A DNA stretch of 64,000 bases from an uncultured Alphaproteobacteria bacterium (GCA_963783175.1 CAWANG010000035.1:62772-126771); one strand, 5' to 3'; positions 30,729-41,367 are shown, counted from the stretch's first letter. Notes: generated from the sequence alone by a model not told the origin. Numbers and translations: made by a program.

Positions 30729-31035
30729 GGTTCGTCGGGCGGCGGCGTCGCCGGCGCTGATTGACGCCAAAGGATGGAGGCAGTTTTACTGATTGATTGA
30801 GTGGCGCGAAGGATTCGCGCGATGCCCGCCGCAATAATGTTATGAAAGGCTGTTCGGCTGAGGCGCCTCGGGCGTTGGGCAGGCGCTCGACAGACGTGCG
30901 TCAGAGCGGGAGGCCGTTGTCGCTGGCGGCGATCCGGAAGGGGATGGAAACGAACAAATGCAGGCGAATCGAGCAAGAGTTCCGCGCACGTCCCGGCGAA
31001 GTGAAGGCCGAGCGCAACGGCAAAGAGTTCGATCC

Positions 31036-31716
31036 ATGAACGTATTGGCTGTCGACGTGGGCGGCACCCACGTCAAAATCCTCGCTACCGGCCAAAACGA
31101 CAAGCGGGAGTTCGCCTCCGGTCCGACGCTGACGGCTGAACAGATGGTGGCGGGAGTGCGGGAGCTCGCCGGCGAGTGGAGCTACGACGTCGTGTCAATT
31201 GGCTATCCTGGACCCGTCCTTCACAATCGGCCGGTCGCTGACCCGAATAATCTGGGGCGCGGCTGGATGGGATTCGACTTCAGCGTCGCGTTCAAGCGGC
31301 CGACCAAGGTCGTGAATGATGCGGCAATGCAGGCGCTGGGCAGCTACAGAAAAGGGAAGATGTTGTTCCTCGGGCTGGGGACCGGGCTCGGCTCGGCGCT
31401 GATTATTGACGGAATTGTCGAGCCGATGGAGCTTGGACATCTCCCCTACAAGAAGGGCACGTATGAGGATTACGTGGGCGTTCGAGGGCTTGAGCGAGTG
31501 GGCAAGAAGCGTTGGCGAGAGTACGTCTTTGATGTGGTCGACCGGTTGGTCGCTGCGCTTGAGCCCGACGACGTCGTGCTCGGCGGCGGGAACTCCAAGG
31601 TGCTCAAGGAGCTGCCGCCGTTGTGCCGGTTGGGCGACAACGCGAATGCATTTAAGGGCGGGTTCCTGATGTGGGAGGACCCCCGCGATCGGACGCGCGC
31701 GCGGCGGGGTCCATAA
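31036..31716 (+). CDS. ROK-family sugar kinase (polyphosphate glucokinase-like)
   Basis: AVDVGGTHVK, VVNDAAMQALG, FLGLGTGLGSAL, ELGHL; start set to ATG 31036. Confidence 0.85.
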   Translation: MNVLAVDVGGTHVKILATGQNDKREFASGPTLTAEQMVAGVRELAGEWSYDVVSIGYPGPVLHNRPVADPNNLGRGWMGFDFSVAFKRPTKVVNDAAMQALGSYRKGKMLFLGLGTGLGSALIIDGIVEPMELGHLPYKKGTYEDYVGVRGLERVGKKRWREYVFDVVDRLVAALEPDDVVLGGGNSKVLKELPPLCRLGDNANAFKGGFLMWEDPRDRTRARRGP

Positions 31717-31772
31717 AAGTTCGAACGGTCACTGGTGATAACGCATAACCCGATTTTCTGAAGGAGGCGCTC

Positions 31773-32792
31773 GTGCAACTTGGAATGGTTGGTCTCGGCC
31801 GGATGGGCGCGAACATGGTGCGCAGGCTCCTGACGGGAGGTCACGAGTGCGTCGTCTTCGATATGTCTGCGAAGACGGTCGAGGAGCTGGTCGAGGAAAA
31901 AGCGCTCGGCAGTTCCTCGCTTGCGGATCTGGCGAGGAAGCTGGAGAAGCCGCGCGCGGTGTGGCTCATGGTTCCCGCGGCAGTCGTCGACAAGACCATC
32001 GCCGACATTTTGCCGGCGCTCGAGCGCGGCGATACGCTCATTGACGGGGGCAATTCCTACTATGTCGATGACCTGCGCCGCTCCCACGAACTGGCGTCAA
32101 AAGGCATCGACTATATCGATGTCGGCACCAGCGGCGGCGTCTGGGGGCTCGAGCGCGGCTATTGCATGATGATCGGCGGGCCCGACCAAGCGGTGCAGCG
32201 CCTTGATCCGATCTTCAAGACGCTTGCCCCCGGATCTGGCGTGATACCGCGCACTCCTGGACGAGGGAAGGCGGCGAGCACCGCTGAGCTTGGCTACCTC
32301 CATTGTGGGCCGAGCGGCGCCGGCCATTTTGTCAAGATGGTTCACAATGGCATCGAGTACGGAATCATGGCCGCCTACGCCGAGGGACTAGACATATTGC
32401 GCGCCGCAAATATCGGGAAACAGTCGCATGCAATAGACGCCGAGACGACGCCGCTGCGCAATCCTGAGCACTACCAGTATGATCTCAATCTGCCTGAGGT
32501 CGCCGAGGTGTGGCGACGCGGAAGCGTGATTGCATCGTGGCTCCTTGACCTGACAGCGACCGCCCTTCAGGAGGACCCGGCGCTCACCAAGTTTTCTGGC
32601 CGTGTGTCAGATTCTGGCGAAGGTCGTTGGACGATCGCGGCGGCCATCGACGAGGGGACTCCCGTCCCCGTATTGACGACCGCGCTCTACGAGCGGTTCA
32701 GCTCGCGCGGCGACGCCGACTACCAGAACAAGCTGCTGTCGGCGATGCGCTTCCAGTTTGGCGGCCACCTGGAAAAGCCGGCCGGCAAATAG
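31773..32792 (+). CDS. gnd: 6-phosphogluconate dehydrogenase, decarboxylating (short type)
   Basis: GMVGLGRMGANM, IDGGNSYY, DVGTSGGVWG, GHFVKMVHNGIEY, AMRFQFGGH. Confidence 0.93.
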   Translation: MQLGMVGLGRMGANMVRRLLTGGHECVVFDMSAKTVEELVEEKALGSSSLADLARKLEKPRAVWLMVPAAVVDKTIADILPALERGDTLIDGGNSYYVDDLRRSHELASKGIDYIDVGTSGGVWGLERGYCMMIGGPDQAVQRLDPIFKTLAPGSGVIPRTPGRGKAASTAELGYLHCGPSGAGHFVKMVHNGIEYGIMAAYAEGLDILRAANIGKQSHAIDAETTPLRNPEHYQYDLNLPEVAEVWRRGSVIASWLLDLTATALQEDPALTKFSGRVSDSGEGRWTIAAAIDEGTPVPVLTTALYERFSSRGDADYQNKLLSAMRFQFGGHLEKPAGK

Positions 32793-32819
32793 TCAGGCGA
32801 CGCGGTCGATGCGCCGGCG

Positions 32820-35489
32820 ATGAGCAACGGCGAGCAACAGGACGCGGGCCCCCGCTCCGCCGAGCACGCACGGCTCGCTCAGGGGTCAGCGGGCGCGGCG
32901 GGCGACTGGAAGTTCATTGGCCCTTACGTCAGCGAGCGCGCCTGGGGCACCGTGCGCGAGGACTACAGCGCTGACGGAGACGCTTGGCGCTACTTTCCGT
33001 TCGATCACGCGCGCTCGCGCGCCTATCGCTGGAGCGAGGACGGTCTGGCGGGCTTGTGTGACCGCGAGCAGCGCCTGTGTTTCGCACTCTCCTTTTGGAA
33101 CGGGCGTGACCCGATCCTGAAAGAGAGGATATTCGGTCTCAGCGGGCCAGAGGGAAATCACGGCGAGGACGCCAAGGAATATTGGTGGTCTCTCGACGCG
33201 ACGCCGACCGCCTCCTGGCTGCGCTGGCGCTATCACTATCCGCAAGCCGAGTTCCCCTACGCGCGGCTGCGGGAGGAAAACGCAAGGCGCACAAGAGAGG
33301 AGACGGAATTCGAGCTTCTCGACACCGGTGTGTTTGACGGCGATCGATACTGGCAGATCACGGCGGACTACGCCAAGGCGGCGCCAGATGACATCTTAAT
33401 TCGCATCGCCGCGCGCAACGCCGGGCCGGAGCCAGCCGAGCTCCATATCCTGCCGACGCTCTGGTTCCGCAACCGATGGTCTTGGGAAGACGGCGTTTCC
33501 AAACCTGTGATACGCGACGCGTCCAGCGAGACCGACACCGTCGCGATCGCCGAGGATGAGATGCTCGGCGCATGGAAGCTCGCCGCCGGCCCTGATCCTG
33601 CGGGGCGGCCGCCATCGCTGCTGTTCTGCGAGAACGAGACCAACGGTCAGCGGCTCTTCGGCCGCGGCGCTTCCCGGACCCCCTACCCCAAAGACGGGAT
33701 CGACGACCACGTCCTTCAAGGCGCGGCGACGATCAATCCCGAGCGGCGCGGCACGAAAATGGCGTGCTGGTACCGCATTTCGGTCGGAGCCGGGGAGACC
33801 GTCGAGCTCAGGCTTCGCCTGGCGCGCGACGCTCCGGGCCGCGCCATCGATCTCGGCAAGAACTTCACGCAAACGCAAACGGATCGGCGCCGCGAAGCCG
33901 ACGAATATTACGCCGCGCTGCGCCCTGAAGGAGCAACCGACGACGAGGCGCTGGTGATGCGCCAAGCGTTCGCGGGAATGACATGGAGCCAGCAATTCTA
34001 TCACTATGACGTGCCGCGCTGGCTCGCGGGCGACAGCATGCCGCCCCCAGAGGTGCGAAAATCCGGCCGCAATTCAGGATGGCGTCACCTCAACAATCAT
34101 CAGATCGTCGCAATGCCGGATAAATGGGAGTACCCCTGGTACGCGTCGTGGGACCTTGCTTTTCACAGCGTGGTTCTCGCGCATACCGACCCGGCGATGG
34201 CGAAGGGCCAGCTGCTGCTCCTCGGGCGCGAATGGTACATGCACCCGAACGGCCAGCTGCCAGCGTACGAATGGAATTTCAGCGATGTGAACCCGCCCGT
34301 CCAGGCATGGGCGGCGCTAAAGGTGTTCCACATCGACGGCGGCACGGATTTTGATTTCCTCGCGCGTATCTTCCACAAGCTGTTGATCAACTTTACTTGG
34401 TGGGTCAACCGCGAGGACGCCCGAGGAGACAATATCTTCGAGGGCGGCTTTCTCGGGCTCGACAATATCGGCCCGTTCGACCGCTCGGTGATGCTCGCGG
34501 GCGAAGTCCTTGAACAGTCGGATGGCACCGCGTGGATGGCGAAGTTCTGCCTCAATATGCTCGAAATGGCGCTTCGGCTGGCCAATCGCGATCCAGTCTA
34601 CGAGGATGTCGCGATCAAGTTTTTCGAGCACTTTGCGCTGATCGCCGTCGCTATGGACAAGCTATGGGACGAACAGGATGGATTTTTCTATGACCGGCTC
34701 CGCAAACCCGATGGCTCCGCAATCACGGTGCGTGCGCGCTCGATGGTAGGGCTGCTGCCGGTCTTCGCGGCGGTGGAGTTGGATGGTTCGCTGTCGGAGC
34801 GATTGCCCAACTTTCGCGACCGGGCGCACTGGTACCTCGAGCATAAGCTCGGCGCGACGAAATTTCTGTACAACCTCCCCACCGGCAGCAAGCCCGGTCT
34901 GATCTCGCTGGTCGACAAGTCGCGCTTCCAGCGCATCCTGGCGCGCATGCTCGACGAGGGTGAGTTTCTATCGCCCTACGGGTTGAGGTCGCTCTCGCGC
35001 TACCACGAGAAAAACCCATTGGTTCTTGATTTCGACGGCCGCGCCAGCCGGCTCGACTACGAACCGGGAGAGTCCCGTAGCGGCCTCTTTGGCGGCAACT
35101 CCAACTGGCGGGGGCCGGTCTGGTTCCCGCTGAACTTCCTCGCGATCGAGTCGCTGAGGCACCTCTACGACTTCTTCAAGGAAGACCTGACGGTTGAGCT
35201 GCCGACCGGATCGGGTAAGCGGGCGAATCTTGACCAGGTGGCTACGGAGCTCAGGCGCCGTCTGCTCGGTCTGTTTCTGCCCGACGCGAACGGCCGGCGG
35301 CCGGCGCATGGCCCAAACTCCCGTTTCCAAAGCGATCCGATATGGCGCGATTCGCTCCTCTTCTATGAGTATTTCCACGCCGAGACAGGAGAGGGGCTGG
35401 GCGCCTCACACCAAACCGGATGGACGGCTCTCGCCGGCGCGCTCGTGGCGTACCGGCGTCCTCCCGCCGCCTCCAAACCGAAAAGCTGA
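32820..35489 (+). CDS. Glycoside hydrolase, MGH1-like/GH63-related glucosidase
   Basis: SERAWGTVREDYS, MPDKWEYPWYASWDLAFH, NWRGPVWFP, GLGASHQTGWT. Confidence 0.88.
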   Translation: MSNGEQQDAGPRSAEHARLAQGSAGAAGDWKFIGPYVSERAWGTVREDYSADGDAWRYFPFDHARSRAYRWSEDGLAGLCDREQRLCFALSFWNGRDPILKERIFGLSGPEGNHGEDAKEYWWSLDATPTASWLRWRYHYPQAEFPYARLREENARRTREETEFELLDTGVFDGDRYWQITADYAKAAPDDILIRIAARNAGPEPAELHILPTLWFRNRWSWEDGVSKPVIRDASSETDTVAIAEDEMLGAWKLAAGPDPAGRPPSLLFCENETNGQRLFGRGASRTPYPKDGIDDHVLQGAATINPERRGTKMACWYRISVGAGETVELRLRLARDAPGRAIDLGKNFTQTQTDRRREADEYYAALRPEGATDDEALVMRQAFAGMTWSQQFYHYDVPRWLAGDSMPPPEVRKSGRNSGWRHLNNHQIVAMPDKWEYPWYASWDLAFHSVVLAHTDPAMAKGQLLLLGREWYMHPNGQLPAYEWNFSDVNPPVQAWAALKVFHIDGGTDFDFLARIFHKLLINFTWWVNREDARGDNIFEGGFLGLDNIGPFDRSVMLAGEVLEQSDGTAWMAKFCLNMLEMALRLANRDPVYEDVAIKFFEHFALIAVAMDKLWDEQDGFFYDRLRKPDGSAITVRARSMVGLLPVFAAVELDGSLSERLPNFRDRAHWYLEHKLGATKFLYNLPTGSKPGLISLVDKSRFQRILARMLDEGEFLSPYGLRSLSRYHEKNPLVLDFDGRASRLDYEPGESRSGLFGGNSNWRGPVWFPLNFLAIESLRHLYDFFKEDLTVELPTGSGKRANLDQVATELRRRLLGLFLPDANGRRPAHGPNSRFQSDPIWRDSLLFYEYFHAETGEGLGASHQTGWTALAGALVAYRRPPAASKPKS

Positions 35490-35993
35490 GCTGACCGATT
35501 CGGCGCGGCCGCTATTTACCCCAAGCACCTCGATCTCGTGGTCGCCAACGACGACTCGATCGCCAATCGCTTTGCCGATCAGAGCGCGCGCGACGGGAGA
35601 GACGTAGGAGATCGATCCCGCTCGCGGATCGGCTTCGTCCTCCCCGACGATCCGGAACGCCTGCCGCCGGCCGTCGTCGCGGACGAACGTCGTGAGCGAA
35701 CCGAACGCAACCGTGTCGCTTTCGGCCGGATCCGGCATCAACTGGGCGGTCCTGAGACGCTCCGCGAAATACCGCATGTCCCTCGACGCCGTAGCGACCG
35801 CGCCGCGGCGCTCGTTGAGGTCTTCGATCTGTTGGGCCGCGTGATACGCGGCGCGAGCGGCCGCCATCGCCAAATCCAGCGCCTTCAACCCGGACTGCGT
35901 CACCAGATTCGGGTGCGGCGAGATCGGACGATCGGGAAGCTCGACGGCAGCGGCCGTTTCGGCGCTTTCTTCTCGGGTGAACGCGACACTCAT
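35406..35993 (-). CDS. GreA/GreB-family elongation factor; true stop may be at 35516
   Basis: MSVAFTREE, PNLVT, RIVGEDEADPRAGSISYVSPVARALIGK; C-terminal extension overlaps the convergent glucosidase by 84 bp. Confidence 0.85.
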   Translation of the reverse strand: MSVAFTREESAETAAAVELPDRPISPHPNLVTQSGLKALDLAMAAARAAYHAAQQIEDLNERRGAVATASRDMRYFAERLRTAQLMPDPAESDTVAFGSLTTFVRDDGRRQAFRIVGEDEADPRAGSISYVSPVARALIGKAIGDRVVVGDHEIEVLGVNSGRAESVSSAFRFGGGGRTPVRHERAGESRPSGLV

Positions 35994-36046
35994 AACTGAA
36001 ACCTCTCGGATATCGGGTGGCTGATTGGCCGAGGCGCCGGGCGCGG

Positions 36047-37243
36047 CTACACAGTCTCCGGTGACGAAGTCTCACGAAGGTAGCTCATCGCCGCGAGCAC
36101 TCCGCTAGCCTCGCAATCGACGCCTGCGAGGCTGAGACTCATTTCAACGCCGGCGAGCGCGCCGAGCAGCGTCAATTCGTTGGTGTCGCCGAGGTGGCCG
36201 ATCCGGAACGCCTTGCCGGCGAGCCGGCCGAGACCGGTGCCGAGCGACATGTCGAAGCGGTCGAGCGCAATCGCGCGGAAACGGTCTGCGTCGCGCCCCT
36301 CCGGCAGCATCACGCCGGTCAATACGGGCGAATGCAGCCGCGGGTCGAGGCAGATCGTCTCGAGGCCCCATGCCGCTACCGCGCGCCTCGTCGCTTCGCC
36401 ATAACGTTGGTGCCGCGCGAAGACGTGGTCCAAGCCTTCCTCGTTGAGCATGTCGATAGCGACATCGAGGCCGTAGAGCAGGTTCGTCGCGGGCGTCGAG
36501 GGGAAGAAGCCGCGCGCATTGTGGGGGATCATCTCCTCCCACGACCAGAACTGCTTGGCCCTCTCGGCCCCGCGCGCAAACGCCAGCGCCTTTTCGCCGA
36601 CGGCGTTGAAGCCCAGGCCAGGCGGCAGCATCAGGCCCTTCTGCGAGCCGGAAATGCTGACGTCGACGCCCCATTCGTCGTGACGGTAGTCGGCGCAGGC
36701 GAGCCCGGAAACGGTGTCGACCAGCAGCAAAGCAGGATGGCCCGCGGCGTCGATCGCCTTGCGGACTTCGTCGATCCGGGAGGTCGCCCCCGTCGAGGTC
36801 TCGTTGTGCACAACGCAGACCGCCTTGATCGAATGGCCGGCATCCTCGCACAGCCGGCTCTCGATGCGCTGCGGATCGACGCCGCCGCGCCAATCGGAGC
36901 CGATGAATTCGGCCCGCAGGCGCAGTCTCGCCGCCATGTTCTTCCAGAGGGTGGCGAAATGTCCCGTCTCATACATGAGAACGGAGTCGCCCGGGGAAAA
37001 CAGATTGGCGAGCGCCGCCTCCCAGGCCCCCGTTCCCGACGTCGGGTAGATGAAGACATGGCTGTCGGTCTTGAAGACGCCCTTGATCTTTGCGAGGACG
37101 CGCTGGCCCAACTTCTGGAAATGCGGTCCGCGATGATCGATGACGGGCATATCCATCGCCCGCAAAATCCGGTCGGGGATCGGGCTCGGCCCCGGAATTT
37201 GCAGGAAGTGCCGGCCCACGCGCCGCCCTTCGTTGCCGCCCAT
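36047..37243 (-). CDS. Class V aminotransferase (serine/alanine-glyoxylate aminotransferase-like)
   Basis: GRHFLQIPGP, VVHNETSTG, SGSQKGLMLPPG (PLP lysine), FRIGHLG; start set to ATG 37243. Confidence 0.9.
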   Translation of the reverse strand: MGGNEGRRVGRHFLQIPGPSPIPDRILRAMDMPVIDHRGPHFQKLGQRVLAKIKGVFKTDSHVFIYPTSGTGAWEAALANLFSPGDSVLMYETGHFATLWKNMAARLRLRAEFIGSDWRGGVDPQRIESRLCEDAGHSIKAVCVVHNETSTGATSRIDEVRKAIDAAGHPALLLVDTVSGLACADYRHDEWGVDVSISGSQKGLMLPPGLGFNAVGEKALAFARGAERAKQFWSWEEMIPHNARGFFPSTPATNLLYGLDVAIDMLNEEGLDHVFARHQRYGEATRRAVAAWGLETICLDPRLHSPVLTGVMLPEGRDADRFRAIALDRFDMSLGTGLGRLAGKAFRIGHLGDTNELTLLGALAGVEMSLSLAGVDCEASGVLAAMSYLRETSSPETV

Positions 37244-37264
37244 CTCCGCTTCCTCCGAAACCCG

Positions 37265-37374
37265 TTCTCCCGCCCTTGTGGAAGAGGGTCGGGGCGAAGC
37301 GCTCTGAAAAATGCGATGACCCTCATCCGCCTCGCATCGCTCGCGTCTTCCCCCACGAAGACCGGCGGAAGGGG
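37265..37374. repeat. Degenerate REP-like element (CCCTCATCCG/TTCTCCC type)
   Basis: ttctcccgcccttgtggaagagggt ... ccctcatccgcctcg...gaagggg in the divergent intergenic gap. Confidence 0.35.
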
Positions 37375-37439
37375 CGAGCGTCACATTTTGACTTACTCAG
37401 CCTATTAGAGACATTCAATACCGAACGAAGGATGGCTAG

Positions 37440-40379
37440 ATGGGCGGTTCGGTTGCGGGGTTGGAACGCGCGCTGCGCGAGGAAGGCGTCGGCGAAGTCC
37501 AGTTCGACGCTTTCGCGCGGGGCCGTTACGCGACCGACGCCTCATCCTATCAGATCATGCCGCTCGGCGTCGTCATGCCGGGCTCGATCGAAGAGGCGAC
37601 GCGAGCCCTGAGCGTCGCCCGGTCGCGCAACATTCCCGTTCTGCCGCGAGGCGGGGGAACCTCGCAAAGCGGGCAGACGGTGAATGCGGCGCTGGTCGTT
37701 GACTGTTCCAAACGGCTGACCAAGCTCCTGTCGCTCGATGCGCAGGGGCGGCGCTGTCGGGTCGAGCCCGGCATCGTGCTCGACGACCTCAATCGCCAGT
37801 TGAAGCCGGAGGGGCTGTGGTTTCCGGTCGATATCTCGACGGCGTCGCGCGCGACGATCGGCGGCATGGCGGGCAACAATTCCTGCGGCGGCCGATCGCT
37901 TCGCTATGGCACGATGCGCGACAACGTGCTCTCGATCGACGCCGTTCTCGCCGACGGTTCGCCCGCCCATTTCGGCGCCGTTCAGGCCGACCTCTCCGAT
38001 CTCGCTGTCGACGACCCGCGGCAGGCGCTATTCCGGGACATATTGCGGATCGGCGCGCGGGAAGCCGATGAAGTTGCCGCTCGGTTTCCCTCCGTGCAGC
38101 GACGGGTCGGCGGCTACAATCTCGACGCGCTGACGCCACCGGGCAGCCAGTCCGGGGGTAGCGTCAATCTTGCTCATCTTCTCGTTGGCTCCGAAGGCAC
38201 GCTCGCCTTCTCGACGGCGATCGAACTGAAGCTGTCGCCGCTGCTGGGGCGGCGCGCGGTCGGGGTATGCCATTTCGGATCGTTCTTCGACGCGATGGAC
38301 GCCGCGCAGCATATCGTCGCGCTGAAGCCGATCGCGGTCGAGCTCGTCGATCAGACGATGATCGGACTCGCGGCCGATATTCCGATCTTCAAGCCGACGC
38401 TCTCCGCGTTTCTGCACGGCGCGCCCGAAGCGCTCCTCGTGGTCGAATTCGCCGAAAGCGACGACGAGAACCGCAAACAGCTCTCCAGTCTGACGCAGCT
38501 CGTCGGCGATCTTGGCTTCGGCTGGGACCGTGAGGGCAGAAAATGGGGCGGCGTCGTCGAAGTGCTCGACCCGGCGCTGCAAACGTCGATCGCCGAGATG
38601 CGCGCGGCGGGGCTGAACATCATGATGTCGATGAAGGAGGCGCGCAAACCCGTCTCGTTCGTCGAGGATTGCGCGGTCCCGCTGCCTCATTTGGCCGAAT
38701 ATACGGCCCGGCTGACGGAAGTCTTCGAAAGGCACGGCACGCGCGGCACATGGTACGCGCACGCCTCCGAAGGATGCCTGCACGTCCGCCCCGTGCTCAA
38801 TCTGAAACTGGACAAGGACGTCAAGGCGATGCGCGCGATCGCGGAAGAGGCCTTCGCGCTCGTGCGCGCCTACAAGGGGTCGCATTCGGGCGAGCACGGC
38901 GACGGCATCGTGCGCTCCGAATTTCACGAGAGCATGTTCGGCTCGCGGCTCGTGCGCGCGTTCGAGGAGGTCAAGGACCGCTTCGACCCGAATGGGCTCT
39001 TTAACCCAGGCAAAATCGTCCGCGCGCCCCGCTTCGACGACCGGACGAATTTTCGCTTCCATCCGGACTATCGCGTCCTCGAATTCGAGCCCGTCCTCGA
39101 CTGGTCCGCCTTTCCCGGCGCCGCCGGCGGCTTCACCGGCGCCGTCGAGATGTGCAACAACAACGGCGAATGCCGGAAGCTCGCCGGCGGCGCGATGTGT
39201 CCCTCGTATCGCGTGACCCGCGATGAGCGCGACGTGACGCGGGGCCGCGCGAATGTGTTGCGTCTCGCGATATCAGGCCAGCTGGGCCCGGGCGCCCTGG
39301 CGTCAGATGAAATGGCCGAAACCCTGAAGCTCTGCGTGTCCTGCAAGGCGTGCCGCCGCGAATGCCCGACCGGCGTCGACATGTCGCGAATGAAGATCGA
39401 GGTTCTCGCGGCGCGCGCGCGCAACGGTCGCCTTGGCGCGCGTGAGCGCCTTTTCGCGTACCTGCCGCGCTACGCGGGGCTGGCGTCTCGCCTGCACGCT
39501 GTGATGAATTTGCGCGATCGGGCTCCATTTCTCGCGAAATCGTCCGAGTGGCTGCTAGGGCTTGCCGCCGAGCGAAGCTTGCCCTCGTGGCGTCCGGATT
39601 CTTTCCGCGTCGGTCGTGAAGCCTATGGTCCCGAGGCGGGTCCGGAGGTCGTCCTGTTCGCCGATACGTTCAACGTGACATTCGAGCGCGAGAAGATCGA
39701 CGCCGCGTTGCGGGTTCTCGTCGCGGCGGGTTATCGCGTACATGTCGCGAAGACTGCCGGTCGGCCGATCTGTTGCGGCCGCACCTTCCTCGCGGCCGGG
39801 CTGGTGGATGAGGCGCGCTTCGAGGCCTCGCGATCCCTCGCCGTTCTCGCGCCATACGCGGAGCGAAACATTCCGATCGTGGGCCTGGAGCCGAGCTGCC
39901 TCCTGACGTTCCGTGACGAGGCGACCGCGATGCGGCTCGGCGAAAGGGCCGACAAAGTCTCGGGTTGCGCAGTCCTGTTTGAGCAGTTCGTCGCCCGCGA
40001 ACGGGATGCGGGGCGCTTCAAGATCGAACTCGCGCCGATCGCGGCGAAGGCGCTGTTGCATGGTCACTGCCATCAGAAGAGTTTCGGCGCCATGGCGGCG
40101 ACCGAAAAAGCGCTTCGCCTGATTCCCGGGCTGGAGGTGCAGACGATCGAGTCCAGTTGCTGCGGCATGGCCGGCGCATTCGGCTATCAGGCGGAAACCT
40201 ACGAAATTGCCCTCGCGATCGGCGAACTGTCGCTGCTTCCCCGCGTGCGCGAGGCGGATGAAGCGACGCTCATCGTCGCCGACGGTTTTTCCTGCCGCCA
40301 TCAAATTCGCGATGCGACGAAGCGCGCGGCGATCCACGTCGCGGAGGCGCTGGATCGCGCGCTGGCGCCCGGGCGCTGA
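37440..40379 (+). CDS. FAD-binding and Fe-S-binding oxidoreductase (2-hydroxyacid dehydrogenase/GlcD-GlcF-like fusion)
   Basis: PRGGGTSQSGQ, GSEGTL, SGEHGDG, CNNNGEC, CVSCKACRRECPTGVD, CCG domains. Confidence 0.9.
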   Translation: MGGSVAGLERALREEGVGEVQFDAFARGRYATDASSYQIMPLGVVMPGSIEEATRALSVARSRNIPVLPRGGGTSQSGQTVNAALVVDCSKRLTKLLSLDAQGRRCRVEPGIVLDDLNRQLKPEGLWFPVDISTASRATIGGMAGNNSCGGRSLRYGTMRDNVLSIDAVLADGSPAHFGAVQADLSDLAVDDPRQALFRDILRIGAREADEVAARFPSVQRRVGGYNLDALTPPGSQSGGSVNLAHLLVGSEGTLAFSTAIELKLSPLLGRRAVGVCHFGSFFDAMDAAQHIVALKPIAVELVDQTMIGLAADIPIFKPTLSAFLHGAPEALLVVEFAESDDENRKQLSSLTQLVGDLGFGWDREGRKWGGVVEVLDPALQTSIAEMRAAGLNIMMSMKEARKPVSFVEDCAVPLPHLAEYTARLTEVFERHGTRGTWYAHASEGCLHVRPVLNLKLDKDVKAMRAIAEEAFALVRAYKGSHSGEHGDGIVRSEFHESMFGSRLVRAFEEVKDRFDPNGLFNPGKIVRAPRFDDRTNFRFHPDYRVLEFEPVLDWSAFPGAAGGFTGAVEMCNNNGECRKLAGGAMCPSYRVTRDERDVTRGRANVLRLAISGQLGPGALASDEMAETLKLCVSCKACRRECPTGVDMSRMKIEVLAARARNGRLGARERLFAYLPRYAGLASRLHAVMNLRDRAPFLAKSSEWLLGLAAERSLPSWRPDSFRVGREAYGPEAGPEVVLFADTFNVTFEREKIDAALRVLVAAGYRVHVAKTAGRPICCGRTFLAAGLVDEARFEASRSLAVLAPYAERNIPIVGLEPSCLLTFRDEATAMRLGERADKVSGCAVLFEQFVARERDAGRFKIELAPIAAKALLHGHCHQKSFGAMAATEKALRLIPGLEVQTIESSCCGMAGAFGYQAETYEIALAIGELSLLPRVREADEATLIVADGFSCRHQIRDATKRAAIHVAEALDRALAPGR

Positions 40380-40438
40380 GGAGCGGAGGCTGCCTTCGAA
40401 GCCCATCAGCCCTGGAAAATCAATTTCCAGAGCGCACT

Positions 40439-41137
40439 CTAAACCGTTTTCGTCGCTTCATAACGTTTCTTGCTCTCGGCGTCGGGCGGGTAAAGACCCG
40501 GCAGAGACGCCCCTGCCAGGACCTCCTGCATGATCCAATCTTCGAGCCGTTCTTGCTCAGGCGCCAATTCGACGACGATATCAACAAGCGCGGCCGGGAT
40601 AAGAACAGCGCCGTCGTTATCCGCCACGATGAAATCGCCTGGAAACACGGCGACGCCGCCGCATGCGATTGGTTCCTGCCAATTGACGAATGTGAGCCCG
40701 GCTATCGATGGCGGGGCAGCCGCGCCCTGACACCAAACCGGCAGGCCGGTCTCGAGCACCCCGGCCAAATCCCGCACGGCGCCGTCGGTAATGAGCCCGG
40801 CGACACCTCTCCTCGCCATCCTTGCGCACAAAATGTCGCCAAAAATACCCGCGTCATCGACCCCCATCGCATCTGCGACGGCGATGCAGCCTTCCGGCAT
40901 GGATTCGATCGCGGCGCGAGTGGACTTCGGCGAAGACCAGGATTCCGGTGTCGCCAGATCTTCGCGCGCTGGAACGAACCGCAAAGTGAACGCGCGTCCT
41001 GCAAGTCGAGGTTGCGCCGGCCTCAGCGGTCGCGCGCCGCGCATCCATACGTTGCGGAGGCCCTTTTTAAGAAGGACGGTCGTAATTGTCGCTGTTGTAA
41101 CCTTGCGAAGAATTTCGATTATTTTCGCGTCCGTCAT
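40439..41137 (-). CDS. RraA-like / HMG-aldolase family protein
   Basis: AGRAFTLRFVPAREDL, GIFGDILCARM, TDGAVRD, GDFIVADNDG. Confidence 0.85.
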   Translation of the reverse strand: MTDAKIIEILRKVTTATITTVLLKKGLRNVWMRGARPLRPAQPRLAGRAFTLRFVPAREDLATPESWSSPKSTRAAIESMPEGCIAVADAMGVDDAGIFGDILCARMARRGVAGLITDGAVRDLAGVLETGLPVWCQGAAAPPSIAGLTFVNWQEPIACGGVAVFPGDFIVADNDGAVLIPAALVDIVVELAPEQERLEDWIMQEVLAGASLPGLYPPDAESKKRYEATKTV

Positions 41138-41367
41138 CCGCGTGGCCCTCTCGCCGCCTGAAGCATAGCTTGGATGATTGTGATCATGCCGCCGTTTTTA
41201 CTCGGAACGCCAGAGGCCGCATAGGCGGCCCGCGGCCTTGGCCTTGTCGCGAATTCGACGAGCTGCGAGGTTCCTTGATCAAGCCGCCGCCCGGGGCAAT
41301 ATTGCCGCGCCGAACAGCCGTTCCCCGCTCTTGTGAACGGGTTCATCACGATTGAGGAGATTCACCG

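Noticed and set aside
35406-35489. 84-bp convergent overlap of the GreA-like gene and the glucosidase as a regulatory feature
   Set aside because: Removing one G from the run at 35519-35522 gives a stop at 35516 and removes the overlap; probably another insertion error, unverified.
40412-40430. Hairpin ctggaaa-atcaa-tttccag between convergent genes as a terminator
   Set aside because: AT-rich 7-bp stem with no U-tract; too weak to call.
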